Shown here in pieces: positions 50,393 to 62,466 of a DNA stretch of 64,000 nt. The notes beneath the pieces are model-generated. The model searched no databases. It was not told the origin of the DNA and saw only the letters and a list, made by a program, of their open reading frames with translations. The stretch's first letter is position 1. Every line of letters starts with the position of its first letter. This DNA is from an uncultured beta proteobacterium (lineage in GTDB: Bacteria; Pseudomonadota; Gammaproteobacteria; Burkholderiales; Gallionellaceae). The position numbers and the translations under genes were made by a program. The stretch is taken from NCBI GenBank assembly GCA_963800965.1, contig CAWDCY010000002.1, positions 26,708 to 90,707 on the forward strand, given 5' to 3'.

Positions 50393-52972
50393 ATGGAACA
50401 ATTTGCTAAAGAAATTCTGGTAGTTAGTCTTGAAGATGAGATGCGCAAGTCGTATCTCGATTACGCAATGAGCGTGATTGTTGGACGCGCCTTGCCTGAC
50501 GTGCGTGATGGCCTTAAACCGGTACATCGCCGCGCACTGTTTTCCATGCATGAACTATCCAACGACTGGAACAAGCCCTACAAAAAATCGGCGCGCATTG
50601 TGGGCGACGTGATCGGTAAATATCACCCGCATGGAGATACGGCGGTGTACGACACTATCGTTCGTATGGCGCAGACATTTTCACTGCGTTACCCTTTGGT
50701 AGACGGTCAGGGTAACTTTGGTTCGGTGGATGGCGATAACGCAGCGGCCATGCGTTATACCGAAATTCGCATGGCGCGTATTGCCCACGAGCTGCTGGCC
50801 GACCTGGACAAGGAGACCGTGGATTTTGGACCCAATTACGATGGTTCCGAGCATGAACCGTTGGTATTCCCGGCGCGCTTTCCCAATCTGTTGGTCAATG
50901 GCTCAACCGGCATTGCCGTGGGTATGGCGACTAATATTCCGCCGCACAATCTAGGCGAGGTGATTGATGCCTGTCTGGCGCTACTGAAAGACCCTGATCT
51001 GGATATCGAGCAATTGATAGAATATATTCCAGCGCCGGATTTTCCAACTGCGGGTTTTATATATGGCTTGGCAGGCGTAAAGGAGGGTTACCGAACCGGG
51101 CGTGGGCGCGTGGTAATGCGTGCGCGCACTCATTTCGAAGATATCGAAAAGGGGAATAACCGCCAAGCCATCATTATTGATGAGTTGCCCTATCAAGTGA
51201 ATAAAGCTTCCTTGTTAATCAAGATTGGCGAGCTGGTACGCGAAAAGAAAATTGAGGGGATTTCCGAAATTCGCGATGAATCGGATAAATCCGGAATGCG
51301 CGCTGTGATTGAGCTAAAGCGTAATGAAATGCCGGAAGTAATACTCAATCAATTGTTTAAAATGACCCAGCTGCAAGATAGTTTCGGCATGAACATGGTG
51401 GCTTTGATCGATGGTCAGCCCAAGCTGCTTAACTTGAAGCAGTTCCTGGATGCTTTCCTGCGTCATCGGCGCGAAGTGGTAACGCGGCGCACGATATTTG
51501 ATTTGCGCAAGGCGCGGGATCGTGGCCATATTCTGGAAGGTTTGGCGGTTGCACTTTCCAACGTGGATGAAATCATAGCGCTGATTAAAGCGGCAGCGAC
51601 TCCCGCGATTGCCAAGCAGGGTTTGATGGCGCGGACATGGCGATCTTCACTGGTCGAAGAGTTGCTAAGCCGGGTTAGCGATGCATCGCGTCCGGAAAAT
51701 CTGGAGCCGGAATTCGGCATGTCAGGGCAGGGTGCGCAGCGCGCATATCGGCTTTCGGACACGCAAGCGCAAGCTATTCTGGAGCTGCGCTTGCAGCGTT
51801 TAACCGGGCTGGAGCAAGATAAAATCGTCAGCGAATATCGCGAAGTGATGGACAAGATTATCGATTTGCTCGATATCCTGGCCAAGCCAGAGCGCGTAAC
51901 GCAAATTATCGTCGACGAACTGGTTGCCATTAAAGCGCAATACGGCGATAAGCGCCGCAGCGAAATCGTCACCCATACTCAAGATATGAGTATGGAAGAT
52001 CTGATTACGCCGGAAGACGTGGTGGTTACGATGTCGCATGGCGGTTACATGAAAGCGCAGCCGTTAGCGGAATATGTGGCGCAGAAACGCGGTGGTCGTG
52101 GCAAGCAGGCTGCTCCTCCTAAAGAAGACGATTTTGTAGATAACCTGTTTATCGCCAATACACACGATTACATTCTGTGTTTTTCCAGTCGCGGCCAAGT
52201 GTACTGGATTAAGGTGTACGACTTACCTCAGGGTGCCCGTACCGCCCGCGGCAGGCCAATTGTTAATCTGTTGCCGCTGGAAAGTGGCGAAAAGATAAAC
52301 GCGATTCTGCCGGTAAAAGAGTTCTCGGAAGATCAATACGTATTCTTTGCTACCGCCAAGGGTACGGTGAAAAAAACTGCGCTGTCCGATTTCGCCAACC
52401 CGCGCAAGGCTGGCATCATCGCCATTAACCTGGATGAAGGCGATTATCTGATCGGTGTGGCGTTGACGGATGGCAAGCATGACGTAATGCTGTTTTCCAA
52501 TGGAGGCAAAGCGGTACGTTTCGATGAAAACGATGTGCGTTCCATGGGGCGAGTGTCGCGCGGTGTGCGCGGCATGAAGCTGGCTGCGGATCAATGTGTA
52601 ATTGCGCTATTGGTGGCTAGCGATGAAAGCCAAGCGGTATTGACTGCGACTGAGAACGGCTATGGTAAGCGCACGCCAATGTCAGAATATACACGCCATG
52701 GTCGTGGTACTCAGGGCATGATTGCGATTCAAACTTCCGCCCGGAATGGCAAAGTGGTAGCGGCTACACTGGTAAATGAGGAAGATGAAATCATGTTGAT
52801 TGGTACTAATGGCGTGCTAATCCGCACTCGCGTCAAGGAAATCCGCGAAATGAGCCGTTCCACGCAGGGCGTGACACTGATTAATCTAGGCAAAGACGAC
52901 AAACTGGCGGGTTTAAGCCGCATTGCCGATCCTGAGCCGGAAGATCTTTCTCATTTGATCAAACCAGATTAA
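50393..52972 (+). CDS. gyrA: DNA gyrase subunit A
   Basis: [30 protein letters not shown], GyrA box QKRGGRG, C-terminal pinwheel repeats. Confidence 0.98.
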   Translation: MEQFAKEILVVSLEDEMRKSYLDYAMSVIVGRALPDVRDGLKPVHRRALFSMHELSNDWNKPYKKSARIVGDVIGKYHPHGDTAVYDTIVRMAQTFSLRYPLVDGQGNFGSVDGDNAAAMRYTEIRMARIAHELLADLDKETVDFGPNYDGSEHEPLVFPARFPNLLVNGSTGIAVGMATNIPPHNLGEVIDACLALLKDPDLDIEQLIEYIPAPDFPTAGFIYGLAGVKEGYRTGRGRVVMRARTHFEDIEKGNNRQAIIIDELPYQVNKASLLIKIGELVREKKIEGISEIRDESDKSGMRAVIELKRNEMPEVILNQLFKMTQLQDSFGMNMVALIDGQPKLLNLKQFLDAFLRHRREVVTRRTIFDLRKARDRGHILEGLAVALSNVDEIIALIKAAATPAIAKQGLMARTWRSSLVEELLSRVSDASRPENLEPEFGMSGQGAQRAYRLSDTQAQAILELRLQRLTGLEQDKIVSEYREVMDKIIDLLDILAKPERVTQIIVDELVAIKAQYGDKRRSEIVTHTQDMSMEDLITPEDVVVTMSHGGYMKAQPLAEYVAQKRGGRGKQAAPPKEDDFVDNLFIANTHDYILCFSSRGQVYWIKVYDLPQGARTARGRPIVNLLPLESGEKINAILPVKEFSEDQYVFFATAKGTVKKTALSDFANPRKAGIIAINLDEGDYLIGVALTDGKHDVMLFSNGGKAVRFDENDVRSMGRVSRGVRGMKLAADQCVIALLVASDESQAVLTATENGYGKRTPMSEYTRHGRGTQGMIAIQTSARNGKVVAATLVNEEDEIMLIGTNGVLIRTRVKEIREMSRSTQGVTLINLGKDDKLAGLSRIADPEPEDLSHLIKPD

Positions 52973-52998
52973 AGACCAGATTAAAGAATAGGCAAGTT

Positions 52999-54081
52999 AT
53001 GACAATTTATAATTTCAGTGCAGGTCCCGCAGTATTGCCGCATGAGGTATTGCAACAGGCACGTGAGGAGTTGTTGGACTGGCATGGCAGTGGCATGTCA
53101 GTTATGGAAATGAGCCACCGTGGTAAGGAGTTCATGGGTATCGCAGCTGCGGCGGAAAGCGATTTGCGTGATCTGCTCGCTATCCCGGCTAATTACAAGG
53201 TGCTATTCCTGCAAGGCGGAGCGCATTTGCAATTCGCCATGATTCCGCTGAATCTGTTACGTGGCAAGTCTTCAGCTGATTATGTTAATACCGGCGAATG
53301 GTCTAAGAAAGCGATAGCCGAGGCGAAAAAGTTTAGCAATGTAAATATAGTGGCCAGTGGCGCGGACAAGAATTTTATTTATGTGCCGGCGTTTGATACT
53401 TGGCAGTGTGATCCGAATGCAGCTTATGTGCATTACACGTCGAATGAGACGATAGGCGGAGTCGAATTCAATTGGGTTCCGGAAACCGGTGAAATTCCTT
53501 TGGTGGCGGATATGTCATCCAACATTATGTCGCGCCAGATGGATGTTTCTAAATTTGGCCTGATTTATGCTGGAGCGCAGAAAAACATTGGTCCGGCTGG
53601 GTTGTGTATGGTCATCGTGCGTGAAGACTTGATTGGTAATGTCTCACCGAGCACGCCAACTATGCTGGATTACAAGATTCATGCTGACAATGATTCAATG
53701 TATAACACGCCACCTACGTATGGCATTTACATGGCCGGGCTGGTATTTCAGTGGCTCAAGCGCAATGGTGGATTGGCGCAGATGGAGCAGACCAATATCA
53801 GAAAAGCAAACCTGCTGTATCAGGCGATCGATGCTAGCAACGGTTTTTACAATTGCCCGGTGGTCAAGTCCGATCGTTCACGCATGAACGTGCCGTTCAC
53901 CCTGAAAGATGCCAGTCTGGATGGCGAGTTTCTAAAACAGGCGGATTCGCACGGCCTATTACAACTGAAGGGACATCGCTCTGTCGGTGGTATGCGCGCT
54001 TCCATTTACAATGCGATGCCGCTGGAAGGTGTGCAGTCATTGGTTGATTTCATAACACATTTTGCAAAGAATCATGGCTAA
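52999..54081 (+). CDS. serC: Phosphoserine aminotransferase
   Basis: NFSAGPA, EMSHR, DMSS, AGAQKNIGP, GHRSVGGMRASIYN. Confidence 0.97.
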   Translation: MTIYNFSAGPAVLPHEVLQQAREELLDWHGSGMSVMEMSHRGKEFMGIAAAAESDLRDLLAIPANYKVLFLQGGAHLQFAMIPLNLLRGKSSADYVNTGEWSKKAIAEAKKFSNVNIVASGADKNFIYVPAFDTWQCDPNAAYVHYTSNETIGGVEFNWVPETGEIPLVADMSSNIMSRQMDVSKFGLIYAGAQKNIGPAGLCMVIVREDLIGNVSPSTPTMLDYKIHADNDSMYNTPPTYGIYMAGLVFQWLKRNGGLAQMEQTNIRKANLLYQAIDASNGFYNCPVVKSDRSRMNVPFTLKDASLDGEFLKQADSHGLLQLKGHRSVGGMRASIYNAMPLEGVQSLVDFITHFAKNHG

Positions 54082-55258
54082 AACTTTTAAGATACTGACG
54101 TTAAATAAAATTTCAACGGCTGGGCTTGCCCGCTTGCCCGCTACAAATTATGTTGTTGGCAACGACATCGTAGAACCCGATGCGATCCTGGTGCGCTCAC
54201 AGAATATGCTGGAAATGGATATTCCGGCTAGTGTGAAAGCCATCGCCCGCGCGGGAGCTGGTACTAATAATGTACCCGTTAAAAAAATGAATGCGCGAGG
54301 CGTGCCAGTTTTCAACGCTGCGGGTGCCAATGCCAATGCGGTGAAGGAGTTGGTCATCGCGGGTATGTTGCTGGCTTCGCGAAATTTGATTGCTGCGCTG
54401 CAGTTTACCGCCAATTTGAAAGGTGATGATGCCACGCTGCACAAGCTGGTCGAAGATGGTAAAAAAAATTATGCAGGTATTGAATTGCGTGGCCGTACCT
54501 TGGGTATTATTGGTTTGGGTGCCATTGGCCGCCTGGTGGCGGATGCCGCCATTGGCTTGGGCATGCAAGTGGCGGGCTACGATCCTGACATTACCGTAGA
54601 AGGAGCATGGGGCCTGTCTTCGCAGGTGAAGAAGGCGCACAGCATAGAAGATCTGCTTAAGCAGAGCGATTTCGTTACGCTGCATATTCCATTGCTGGAT
54701 GCCACACGAGGTTTAATTAATGACCAACGCGTACAAGCGATGAAGCCAGGAAGCGTGCTGCTGAACTTTGCGCGCGATGGTATCGTGAATGAAGATGCTG
54801 TGCTGGCAGGTATTGCCGCCAAACGTATTAGCTATTATGTATGTGATTTTCCCATGCAGAAGACGCAGGGCAACCCAGCGGTGATTGCGCTGCCGCATCT
54901 GGGTGCCTCCACGCAAGAGGCGGAAGACAATTGTGCGGTAATGGTAGCAGAGCAAGTTCGCGATTATCTGGAGCATGGCAATCTGAACAATACGGTAAAT
55001 TTCCCTACTGTTAATATGCCGCGCGAATCGTCTTTCCGTATCGCCATCGCTAATGCCAACGTGCCGAATATGCTGGGGCAGATTTCTACTGCGTTGGCCG
55101 GAGCCGGTATTAATATCCACAATATGATAAACAAGTCGCGTGGCGAGATGGCTTACACCTTGGTCGATACGGATATCGCTGCACCTCCTGAGATGATCGA
55201 GCAGATTGCAGCCATTCCAGGTGTGCTCATGGTGCGCGACTTGCCCTTGGATGCTTAA
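54074..55258 (+). CDS. serA: D-3-phosphoglycerate dehydrogenase with ACT domain
   Basis: RAGAGTNN, IGLGAIG, NFAR, PHLGAST, C-terminal ACT (NVPNMLGQIS). Confidence 0.9.
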   Translation: MAKTFKILTLNKISTAGLARLPATNYVVGNDIVEPDAILVRSQNMLEMDIPASVKAIARAGAGTNNVPVKKMNARGVPVFNAAGANANAVKELVIAGMLLASRNLIAALQFTANLKGDDATLHKLVEDGKKNYAGIELRGRTLGIIGLGAIGRLVADAAIGLGMQVAGYDPDITVEGAWGLSSQVKKAHSIEDLLKQSDFVTLHIPLLDATRGLINDQRVQAMKPGSVLLNFARDGIVNEDAVLAGIAAKRISYYVCDFPMQKTQGNPAVIALPHLGASTQEAEDNCAVMVAEQVRDYLEHGNLNNTVNFPTVNMPRESSFRIAIANANVPNMLGQISTALAGAGINIHNMINKSRGEMAYTLVDTDIAAPPEMIEQIAAIPGVLMVRDLPLDA

Positions 55259-55278
55259 GCAATATGGATGCATGAGCA

Positions 55279-56346
55279 ATGAGTGACGAACTCAAAAATT
55301 ACCGCGAACAAATTGACTCCATTGACGAGGATTTGCTCAAGTTGCTCAACCAGCGCGCGTCGCTGGCAAGGCAAATCGGTCATTTTAAAGGTAAAAATAC
55401 AGTGTTGCGGCCAGAGCGTGAGGCGCAGATATTGCGGCACATGGTTAGCAATAACCCCGGTCCGTTGCCGAGTCATAGTATCACGCAATTATTTACCGAG
55501 GTCATGTCTCACTGCCGTGCATTAGAATCGCAACTATGTATTGCATACTTGGGGCCAAGTGGAACTTTTACCCATGAAGCAGCAGAGAAGCGCTTTGGTC
55601 ATGCGGTTTTGTTTAAGCCATGTGTTTCGATAGATGAAGTCTTTCACACGGTAGAAAGCGGTGAAGCGAATTATGGAGTGGTGCCGGTCGAGAACTCCAC
55701 TGAGGGTGCGGTTGGACGCACGCTGGATTTGTTGCTGCAAAGCCAGCTCAAGGTTTGTGGTGAAGTGATGCTGCCGGTGCATCAATGTTTGCTTTCACAA
55801 GCGACCGACCTTTCTGCCATCAAGCGTGTATTTTCACATTCGCAGTCCTTGGGGCAATGCCAAGTCTGGCTGAATATGAATTTGCCTAATGCCGAGCGCG
55901 TGCCAGTTGGAAGCAATACTCAGGCGATTCTTCTGGCTTTGGAACAGCAGGCAGATAGTGCGGCGATTGCAGGTGCAAAAGCAGCTAATAGTTATGGCAT
56001 TCCAGTATTGGCTGAAAATATTGAGGACGACCCGCGCAATACCACGCGCTTTTTGGTCATCGGAAATCAAGATGTAGCCCCATCGGGCAAAGATAAAACC
56101 TCACTGGTCGTGTCTGCTCCTAATCGCCCTGGAGCGGTCTACGATTTGTTGGCGCCGCTGGTCAAAAATGACGTCAGCATGACCAAGCTGGAATCTCGGC
56201 CGGCGCGTTCCGGTGTGTGGGAATATGTGTTCTATATGGATATTGAAGGACATCAGCATGAACCCAAAGTGGCGACCGCACTGGTTGAATTAAAGCAAGT
56301 CGCCGCGTTCGTGAAAACGCTAGGTTCATACCCGGCTTCCGTATAA
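55279..56346 (+). CDS. pheA: Chorismate mutase/prephenate dehydratase
   Basis: [39 protein letters not shown]. Confidence 0.96.
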   Translation: MSDELKNYREQIDSIDEDLLKLLNQRASLARQIGHFKGKNTVLRPEREAQILRHMVSNNPGPLPSHSITQLFTEVMSHCRALESQLCIAYLGPSGTFTHEAAEKRFGHAVLFKPCVSIDEVFHTVESGEANYGVVPVENSTEGAVGRTLDLLLQSQLKVCGEVMLPVHQCLLSQATDLSAIKRVFSHSQSLGQCQVWLNMNLPNAERVPVGSNTQAILLALEQQADSAAIAGAKAANSYGIPVLAENIEDDPRNTTRFLVIGNQDVAPSGKDKTSLVVSAPNRPGAVYDLLAPLVKNDVSMTKLESRPARSGVWEYVFYMDIEGHQHEPKVATALVELKQVAAFVKTLGSYPASV

Positions 56347-56354
56347 GGTTTCAA

Positions 56355-57485
56355 ATGAACTACAGTGAGCTAGCCCCTCCTTATATCCGCGCCATAGCGC
56401 CCTATCAGCCTGGTAAACCGATTGCCGAGCTGGAGCGCGAGCTCGGCATCAGTGGCATCGTCAAGTTGGCCTCCAATGAGAATCCTCTCGGCGCCAGTCC
56501 CTTGGCCGTGGCCGCGATGCATGCAGCGATCAGCGACATTGCACGTTATCCCGATGGCAGTGGTTTCGATCTGAAGAATGCATTATCCGCACGATATCAG
56601 ATTGAGTGTGCATGCATTGTGCTGGGAAATGGTTCCAATGATTTATTGGAGTTGGCCGCACGCGCTTTTCTCGCGCCGGGCGACAAGGTGGTTTATTCGG
56701 ATCATGCATTCGCGGTGTATGCGCTGGCTACGCAAGCGGCAGGCGCTACCGGTATCAGCGTGCCAGCTACTAAAGGTTTCGGCCACGATCTTTCCGCAAT
56801 GTTGCAGGCTGTGGTGCAGCATAAGGTGAAGATGGTGTTCATCGCGAACCCGAATAATCCCACGGGTACTTTTCTTGGTGCGGCGGAATTGCTGGATTTT
56901 ATGCGAGCAGTGCCGCCGCAGGTGTTGGTGGTGCTGGATGAGGCATACAACGAATATCTGCCGCAAAATTTGCGTTATGACAGTGTGAGCTGGTTGCGCG
57001 ACTTTCCCAACTTGATCATTTCCCGCACTTTCTCTAAGGCATATGGTTTGGCTGGTTTGCGTGTGGGGTATGCATTGGCAGGTGAGTCGATAGCGGACAT
57101 GCTGAACCGGGTGCGGCAGCCATTCAATGTCAACAGCGTAGCGCAGGCTGCTGCTGTGGCAGCGTTGCAGGATGAGTCTTTTGTAAGGCGAACTTGCGAA
57201 TTGAACCAGTCCGGTATGGAACAGATTACGCAAGGGTTGACTCGGTTAGGTCTGGAGTACATTCCCTCTTATGGAAACTTCGTATGTTGCCACATTGCGA
57301 ATCCTACTCAGAGTGGGAAAAAAGGGGCTGGCCCGATGTATCGTCGCCTGCTGGAATTGGGGATAATTGTGCGGCCGATTGCCAACTACGGTATGCCAGA
57401 TTATTTGCGTGTGAGCATTGGTCTGAAAAGTGAAAATGAAAAATTTCTGTCTGCGCTCGCGCAGGCCTTAGGAGAAGCAGCGTGA
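56355..57485 (+). CDS. hisC: Histidinol-phosphate/aromatic aminotransferase
   Basis: [38 protein letters not shown]. Confidence 0.93.
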   Translation: MNYSELAPPYIRAIAPYQPGKPIAELERELGISGIVKLASNENPLGASPLAVAAMHAAISDIARYPDGSGFDLKNALSARYQIECACIVLGNGSNDLLELAARAFLAPGDKVVYSDHAFAVYALATQAAGATGISVPATKGFGHDLSAMLQAVVQHKVKMVFIANPNNPTGTFLGAAELLDFMRAVPPQVLVVLDEAYNEYLPQNLRYDSVSWLRDFPNLIISRTFSKAYGLAGLRVGYALAGESIADMLNRVRQPFNVNSVAQAAAVAALQDESFVRRTCELNQSGMEQITQGLTRLGLEYIPSYGNFVCCHIANPTQSGKKGAGPMYRRLLELGIIVRPIANYGMPDYLRVSIGLKSENEKFLSALAQALGEAA

Positions 57486-58498
57486 TTATTGTAATGAACA
57501 AAGATGTTACCGACGATCAAATAAGCGTGGTGGTAAAGAAGCTCAAGGATGCCGGGCTGGATGCCAATATTTCCCGAGGCATTGAACGCACAGTGATCGG
57601 CGCTATTGGTGATGAGCGCAAGTTAACCGAAGAAATGTTTACCCCGTTGCCCGGGGTGGAATCGGCGATGCATATTGTTAAACAATATAAGATTGTATCG
57701 CGCGAATCTCATCCCGAAAGCACAGTGATTGATATCGGTGGGATCAAGCTGGGCGGCAAGCAAATCCAGATTATTGCGGGTCCGTGCTCAGTAGAAACTC
57801 AACAGCAGATGGACTTATCCGCCCAGTTCGTGAGTGAGGCAGGTTGCCGTTTGATGCGGGGTGGTGCATTTAAACCTCGCACCAGCCCATACACTTTTCA
57901 GGGCAAGGGTGTTGAGGGATTGCATATGTTCCGTCAGGCGGCCAGTAAATTTAAACTGCCTATTGTGACCGAATTGATGGATATCCGCATGCTGGACACC
58001 TTTCTTGAAAATGACGTCGATGTCATTCAGATTGGCACCCGCAACATGCAGAATTTCGATCTGCTCAAAGAAGTAGGACGTATCAACAAGCCAGTCATTC
58101 TCAAACGCGGCATGTCAGCTACCATTTCCGAGTGGCTGATGGCGGCAGAATACATTGCTGCTGGCGGAAACCATAACATCATATTCTGCGAGCGTGGCAT
58201 CCGTACTTTTGAAACCTATTACCGCAACGTACTTGACGTGACAGCCATTCCAGTCATTAAAAAAGAAACCCATCTGCCGATAATTGTTGATCCTTCACAT
58301 GCCGGTGGCAAGGCGTGGATGGTCGCAGCGCTGTCACAGGCAGCGATTGCGGCGGGAGCAGATGGATTGTTGGTTGAGATGCATCCAACTCCGAGTGAGG
58401 CTTGGTGCGATGCCGATCAGGCGCTGACTCCGCAAGAGTTGAAGAAGTTAATGGGCGTGTTGGGCGGCATTGCCACAGCGATTGGACGCACACTTTAA
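57482..58498 (+). CDS. aroF: DAHP synthase, type I-beta with N-terminal regulatory domain
   Basis: [38 protein letters not shown]. Confidence 0.93.
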   Translation: MIIVMNKDVTDDQISVVVKKLKDAGLDANISRGIERTVIGAIGDERKLTEEMFTPLPGVESAMHIVKQYKIVSRESHPESTVIDIGGIKLGGKQIQIIAGPCSVETQQQMDLSAQFVSEAGCRLMRGGAFKPRTSPYTFQGKGVEGLHMFRQAASKFKLPIVTELMDIRMLDTFLENDVDVIQIGTRNMQNFDLLKEVGRINKPVILKRGMSATISEWLMAAEYIAAGGNHNIIFCERGIRTFETYYRNVLDVTAIPVIKKETHLPIIVDPSHAGGKAWMVAALSQAAIAAGADGLLVEMHPTPSEAWCDADQALTPQELKKLMGVLGGIATAIGRTL

Positions 58499-58522
58499 TT
58501 CTATCTCACGCTAGCGGGAGAG

Positions 58523-59407
58523 TTGAGGGCAGTCGTGACAAAGCCATTATTTCGCAAAGTTGTAATTTTCGGCGTTGGCCTGATTGGTGGCTCGTTTGCG
58601 CTAGCTTTGCGGCGGATGAATGCGGTGGATGAGGTAGTCGGTTTTGGACGCAGCGCGCAGACACTTGCACAGGCACAACAACTCGGTATTATCAACCGCA
58701 GCGGTTCTGATCTCGCGACAGAGCTGGGAGATGCCGATCTGATATTGCTGGCCACGCCAGTGGGTCAGATGGCCGATATAATGGCTCGCATTTCGCCGCA
58801 TCTGGGTGGTCATACACTCATTATTGATGGCGGCAGCACAAAATGCGATGTTGTTGCTCATGCTTATAAACATTTAGCCGAACATATTGCTCGCTTCATA
58901 CCGGCTCACCCTATTGCCGGTAGCGAGCAAAGTGGCGCTATGGCGGCGCGAGCTGATCTGTATCAAAACAAAAACGTAATACTGACTCCGCTGCCGGAAA
59001 ATTCCGCTGAGGTTGTGGCGCGCGTAAGGTTGGCGTGGGAACTGTGTGGCGCATTGGTGAGCGAATTAACGCCGAAACAGCATGACGAAGTGTTTGCTGC
59101 TGTCAGTCATCTGCCGCATCTGCTCTCATTTGCATTAGTACATGATTTGTCGCAGCGCGAAAACCGCGATTTATTACTTTCTTTTGCCGCTAGTGGCTTC
59201 CGCGATTTCACCCGCATTGCAGCAAGTTCGCCGGAAATGTGGCGCGATATCTGTCTGGCCAACCGTGATGCACTGTTGATCGAAATGGACCGTTACATGA
59301 AAGAACTGGAAACTTTGCATAATGCGCTAGCGGAAACCGATGGTGCCAAGCTGGAAGAAATATTCAGTATTGCCCGTTCGGTACGTATCAATTGGACGCC
59401 TCAATAA
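58523..59407 (+). CDS. tyrA: Prephenate dehydrogenase
   Basis: GVGLIGGS, GSTK, HPIAGSE, HD...VSHLPH, GFRDFTRIA. Confidence 0.94.
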   Translation: MRAVVTKPLFRKVVIFGVGLIGGSFALALRRMNAVDEVVGFGRSAQTLAQAQQLGIINRSGSDLATELGDADLILLATPVGQMADIMARISPHLGGHTLIIDGGSTKCDVVAHAYKHLAEHIARFIPAHPIAGSEQSGAMAARADLYQNKNVILTPLPENSAEVVARVRLAWELCGALVSELTPKQHDEVFAAVSHLPHLLSFALVHDLSQRENRDLLLSFAASGFRDFTRIAASSPEMWRDICLANRDALLIEMDRYMKELETLHNALAETDGAKLEEIFSIARSVRINWTPQ

Positions 59408-59901
59408 ATTATAAAAATTATTTGGAAACTACTTATCGTAATGCTAGCGACAGCATGAAAAAATTCGTGAGTCTAAAAAGTAATAATTTATTGTCTGAAT
59501 ATTAGGGTCCACTATAGTTTTTGGGTAATGGAACAACTAGTACCCTGCGAAATCGTCAGGTGGGGTAACCAGGCATTTCTCCGCAAGGTGAAAGCTCGCA
59601 AAATCTACCCTCGCTCAGCTAAATTTTAGCTACGACTCTTATGTCAGACAGGATGCTAGGCTAAAAATCTGGTCTTTTTTTCTATTTTTTGGATGAAGGA
59701 GGGAGCAAAGAATTCAGTGAACTCGATAAAATAAACCGGACAAAAATGTCACTTGCATAAATTTTATGATGTCCTGCAATCAGTGCTAATTGTTGGCATA
59801 AATAAAATATATGATGATTTTGTTCAATTAACCTATTCAGATAGACGTATTTGATTGCTATGGTCAATACCGTCTCAATAAATGGCGATAAGGAGAAAAG
59901 C

Positions 59902-60195
59902 ATGGTGGATTTACGAATTTCCTGTATTAGAAAGAGTGACAGTCAACTTGCGCATGAGCGCATTAAATTTATAGGTGGAGTAGATGCAGAAGGAGTTCGT
60001 TGGCAATTTTCTGTGGAAGAGGCAATTGAGGGCATTTCAGTTGGTAAATATCGATTTACCACTCTTGTGGCGGGGCATCCATTTTGGGTAGTTGTCGCCA
60101 CCAGTGCACTTGGATACAAGTATTTAAAAACTGATCACGATGGGGAGCAACCATATAATTTACTTAGCCTACGTGAGTGTCCGCCAGAGAAATAA
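59902..60195 (+). CDS. DUF3892-family protein
   Basis: ISCIRK...HERIKFIGG...W...YLKTDHDG...NLLSLRECP; AGGAG RBS before ATG at 59902. Confidence 0.8.
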   Translation: MVDLRISCIRKSDSQLAHERIKFIGGVDAEGVRWQFSVEEAIEGISVGKYRFTTLVAGHPFWVVVATSALGYKYLKTDHDGEQPYNLLSLRECPPEK

Positions 60196-60454
60196 AGTTT
60201 TATTTTTAAGGTGGTTGTCATGTCGTTTTATGGAAACTGGGAACGTAGTTAGTCGTTCAGCACAAATTGAATGGACGTATCTACAATTTAAAGTTCGTTC
60301 ATGCACCGCGCAGTGGAATCATGGATCAAAATATTCAGTTATGTGTCTTTAATTTCATACCGCAATTTTCTTAACAAAATATTTGCACACATCTTCATAC
60401 TCATGACAACCACCCTATTTCTGCAAATATCAGGATGACCATTATCCTTGACAA

Positions 60455-62332
60455 ATGGTTAATGCTGCCTGCAGCCAGTTCGGTCGATTGTTGAGCGCTT
60501 CCTCCATGCTCAACTGGCAGGACGGGCAGCCGTTTTCCAGCCGTTTCAGCGATGTCTACTTTTCAAACGATTCCGGACTAGAGGAAAAACGCCACGTTTT
60601 TCTGCAAGGCAATCGGCTGGCCGAACGTTTTACATCTTTATCAAGCGGCGATAGTTTTGCCATCGGCGAGACAGGATTCGGCACAGGGTTGAATTTTTTG
60701 TGCGCTTGGCAGCTGTTCGATGAAGTTGCTCCATCCAATAGCAGTCTGGATTTTTTCAGTGTCGAAAAATATCCGCTTGATGAGAGAGAGTTGACCGATG
60801 TTTTGGCACTGTGGCCGACGTTGCGGCAGTATGCGGATGAACTCCTTGCCCATTGGCGGCGCCGCGTACCCGGCTGGAATCGGTGGAGTTTTGCCGGTGG
60901 AAAGATACGTCTTACGCTGGTAATAGGTGATGTAGCCGACGCGCTAAATGAAATCTGCGGTGGCATCGATGCATGGTTTCTGGATGGTTTTTCACCGGCA
61001 CGCAATCCCGAAATGTGGACGCAGCCTGTATTCGAGAGCGTTGTGCGTATCTCTCAGCCAGGCGCCTCATTCGCCACCTATACTTGTGCCGGTTGGGTAC
61101 GACGCGGTTTGGAACAAGCAGGATTTCAGGTCAGAAAATCTCCAGGCTTTGGACGCAAACGCGAAATGCTGCAAGGTCATCTTCCCGGTTCGCCGCCGGT
61201 ACGGTCTCCTGTAACAAAAGCCATCGTGATCGGCGGAGGCGTGGCCGGTTGTGCCGCTGCTTCAGCATTGGCGATGCGCGGAGTCAACGTTACCCTGATC
61301 GAAGGTGCGCCGGCATTGGCTGCGGCGGCATCAGGCAATCCGCGCGGCGTATTGCATGTCCGGTTAAGCGCAGGCATGAACCCGTTGCAACGTTTCGTGC
61401 TGGCCGCCTATGGGCATGCGCTGGCCTTGCTGGATGAAAAATTTCCCATTGACGGCATCGCTCGTGCGGAATGCGGAGAACTGCAACTGGCATTTTCTGA
61501 GCATGAAGCGAAACGTATCGACCGTCTGGCGGCACTTGATTGGCCAGTGCATGTATTACGTCGCGTGGATGCGGCTGAAGCATCCTGGCTGGCGGGTATC
61601 GAGTTGGCACATGGCGGCCTGTGGTTTCCCTCCGGTGGCTGGCTGGTTCCGCCACAGATGTGCGCAGCATTGGCAACGAACCCAGCCATCGAGCAGCGTA
61701 CCGGCTATCGCGCGGAATCTTTGACAGCGCTAGAGGCCGGCTGGCGGGTGGAGGGAAAAGACGAGCGGCAACAGACATGGTCTTATGAGGCTCAGGTAGT
61801 GGTGGTTTGTACCGGTTATCAGGTGGAATCATTTGCACAATTGTCGCACCTTCCGCTGACGCCGGTGCGTGGGCAGATTACGTTGCTGCCTGTGTCACCC
61901 CATAGCGAAAATCTGCGGACGATAGTGTCTGCCAGCGGTTATTTGGCTCCATCAGCCGGGGCGGTGCACGTGCTGGGAGCGACGCATGGTTTTAACGATG
62001 AGTCAGTGGATATGCGAGCGTCCGATCATGCAGAGAATTTGTCCAAGTTGGAAGGCATATCCCCGGCACTTGCCAAAATGATGAGTATTGACTCATTAGA
62101 TGTCGAGCAACTGGATGGCCGTGCATCAGTGAGAGCTTCCGTTCCCGGGGCCATGCCGTTAGTAGGCGAATTATTGCCGGGGTTATATACCAGCCTGGGT
62201 CATGGTACGCGTGGTCTGATAACTGCCGGGCTTTCAGGTGAATTGATTGCGGCGATTGTATGTGAACAATTGTTACCACTGCCATTGGCAGTAGTAGATG
62301 CATTGGCTCCTGCGCCGGGGCTTGTAAGGTAG
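60455..62332 (+). CDS. mnmC: Bifunctional tRNA mnm5s2U34 methyltransferase/FAD oxidoreductase; start may be ATG at 60506
   Basis: FSDVYFS, ETGFGTGLNF, WFLDGFSPARNPEMW, GRKREML, IGGGVAG, ASGNP. Confidence 0.95.
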   Translation: MVNAACSQFGRLLSASSMLNWQDGQPFSSRFSDVYFSNDSGLEEKRHVFLQGNRLAERFTSLSSGDSFAIGETGFGTGLNFLCAWQLFDEVAPSNSSLDFFSVEKYPLDERELTDVLALWPTLRQYADELLAHWRRRVPGWNRWSFAGGKIRLTLVIGDVADALNEICGGIDAWFLDGFSPARNPEMWTQPVFESVVRISQPGASFATYTCAGWVRRGLEQAGFQVRKSPGFGRKREMLQGHLPGSPPVRSPVTKAIVIGGGVAGCAAASALAMRGVNVTLIEGAPALAAAASGNPRGVLHVRLSAGMNPLQRFVLAAYGHALALLDEKFPIDGIARAECGELQLAFSEHEAKRIDRLAALDWPVHVLRRVDAAEASWLAGIELAHGGLWFPSGGWLVPPQMCAALATNPAIEQRTGYRAESLTALEAGWRVEGKDERQQTWSYEAQVVVVCTGYQVESFAQLSHLPLTPVRGQITLLPVSPHSENLRTIVSASGYLAPSAGAVHVLGATHGFNDESVDMRASDHAENLSKLEGISPALAKMMSIDSLDVEQLDGRASVRASVPGAMPLVGELLPGLYTSLGHGTRGLITAGLSGELIAAIVCEQLLPLPLAVVDALAPAPGLVR

Positions 62333-62466
62333 GAAAACGGATTGTTAAAATGTAACGGGTCAAGTCGCTTGATCAGTAGATAGTTACTTCTCAATGAGCC
62401 TCCCCACCTATTAATATACCTATTTCAAAACAATTTGAACTCACTTCGAAAGAAATAATTTATTGA

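Noticed and set aside
52963-52986. Tandem 12-bp duplication ACCAGATTAAAG at the gyrA stop
   Set aside because: Real but looks like a simple slippage duplication with no effect on either ORF
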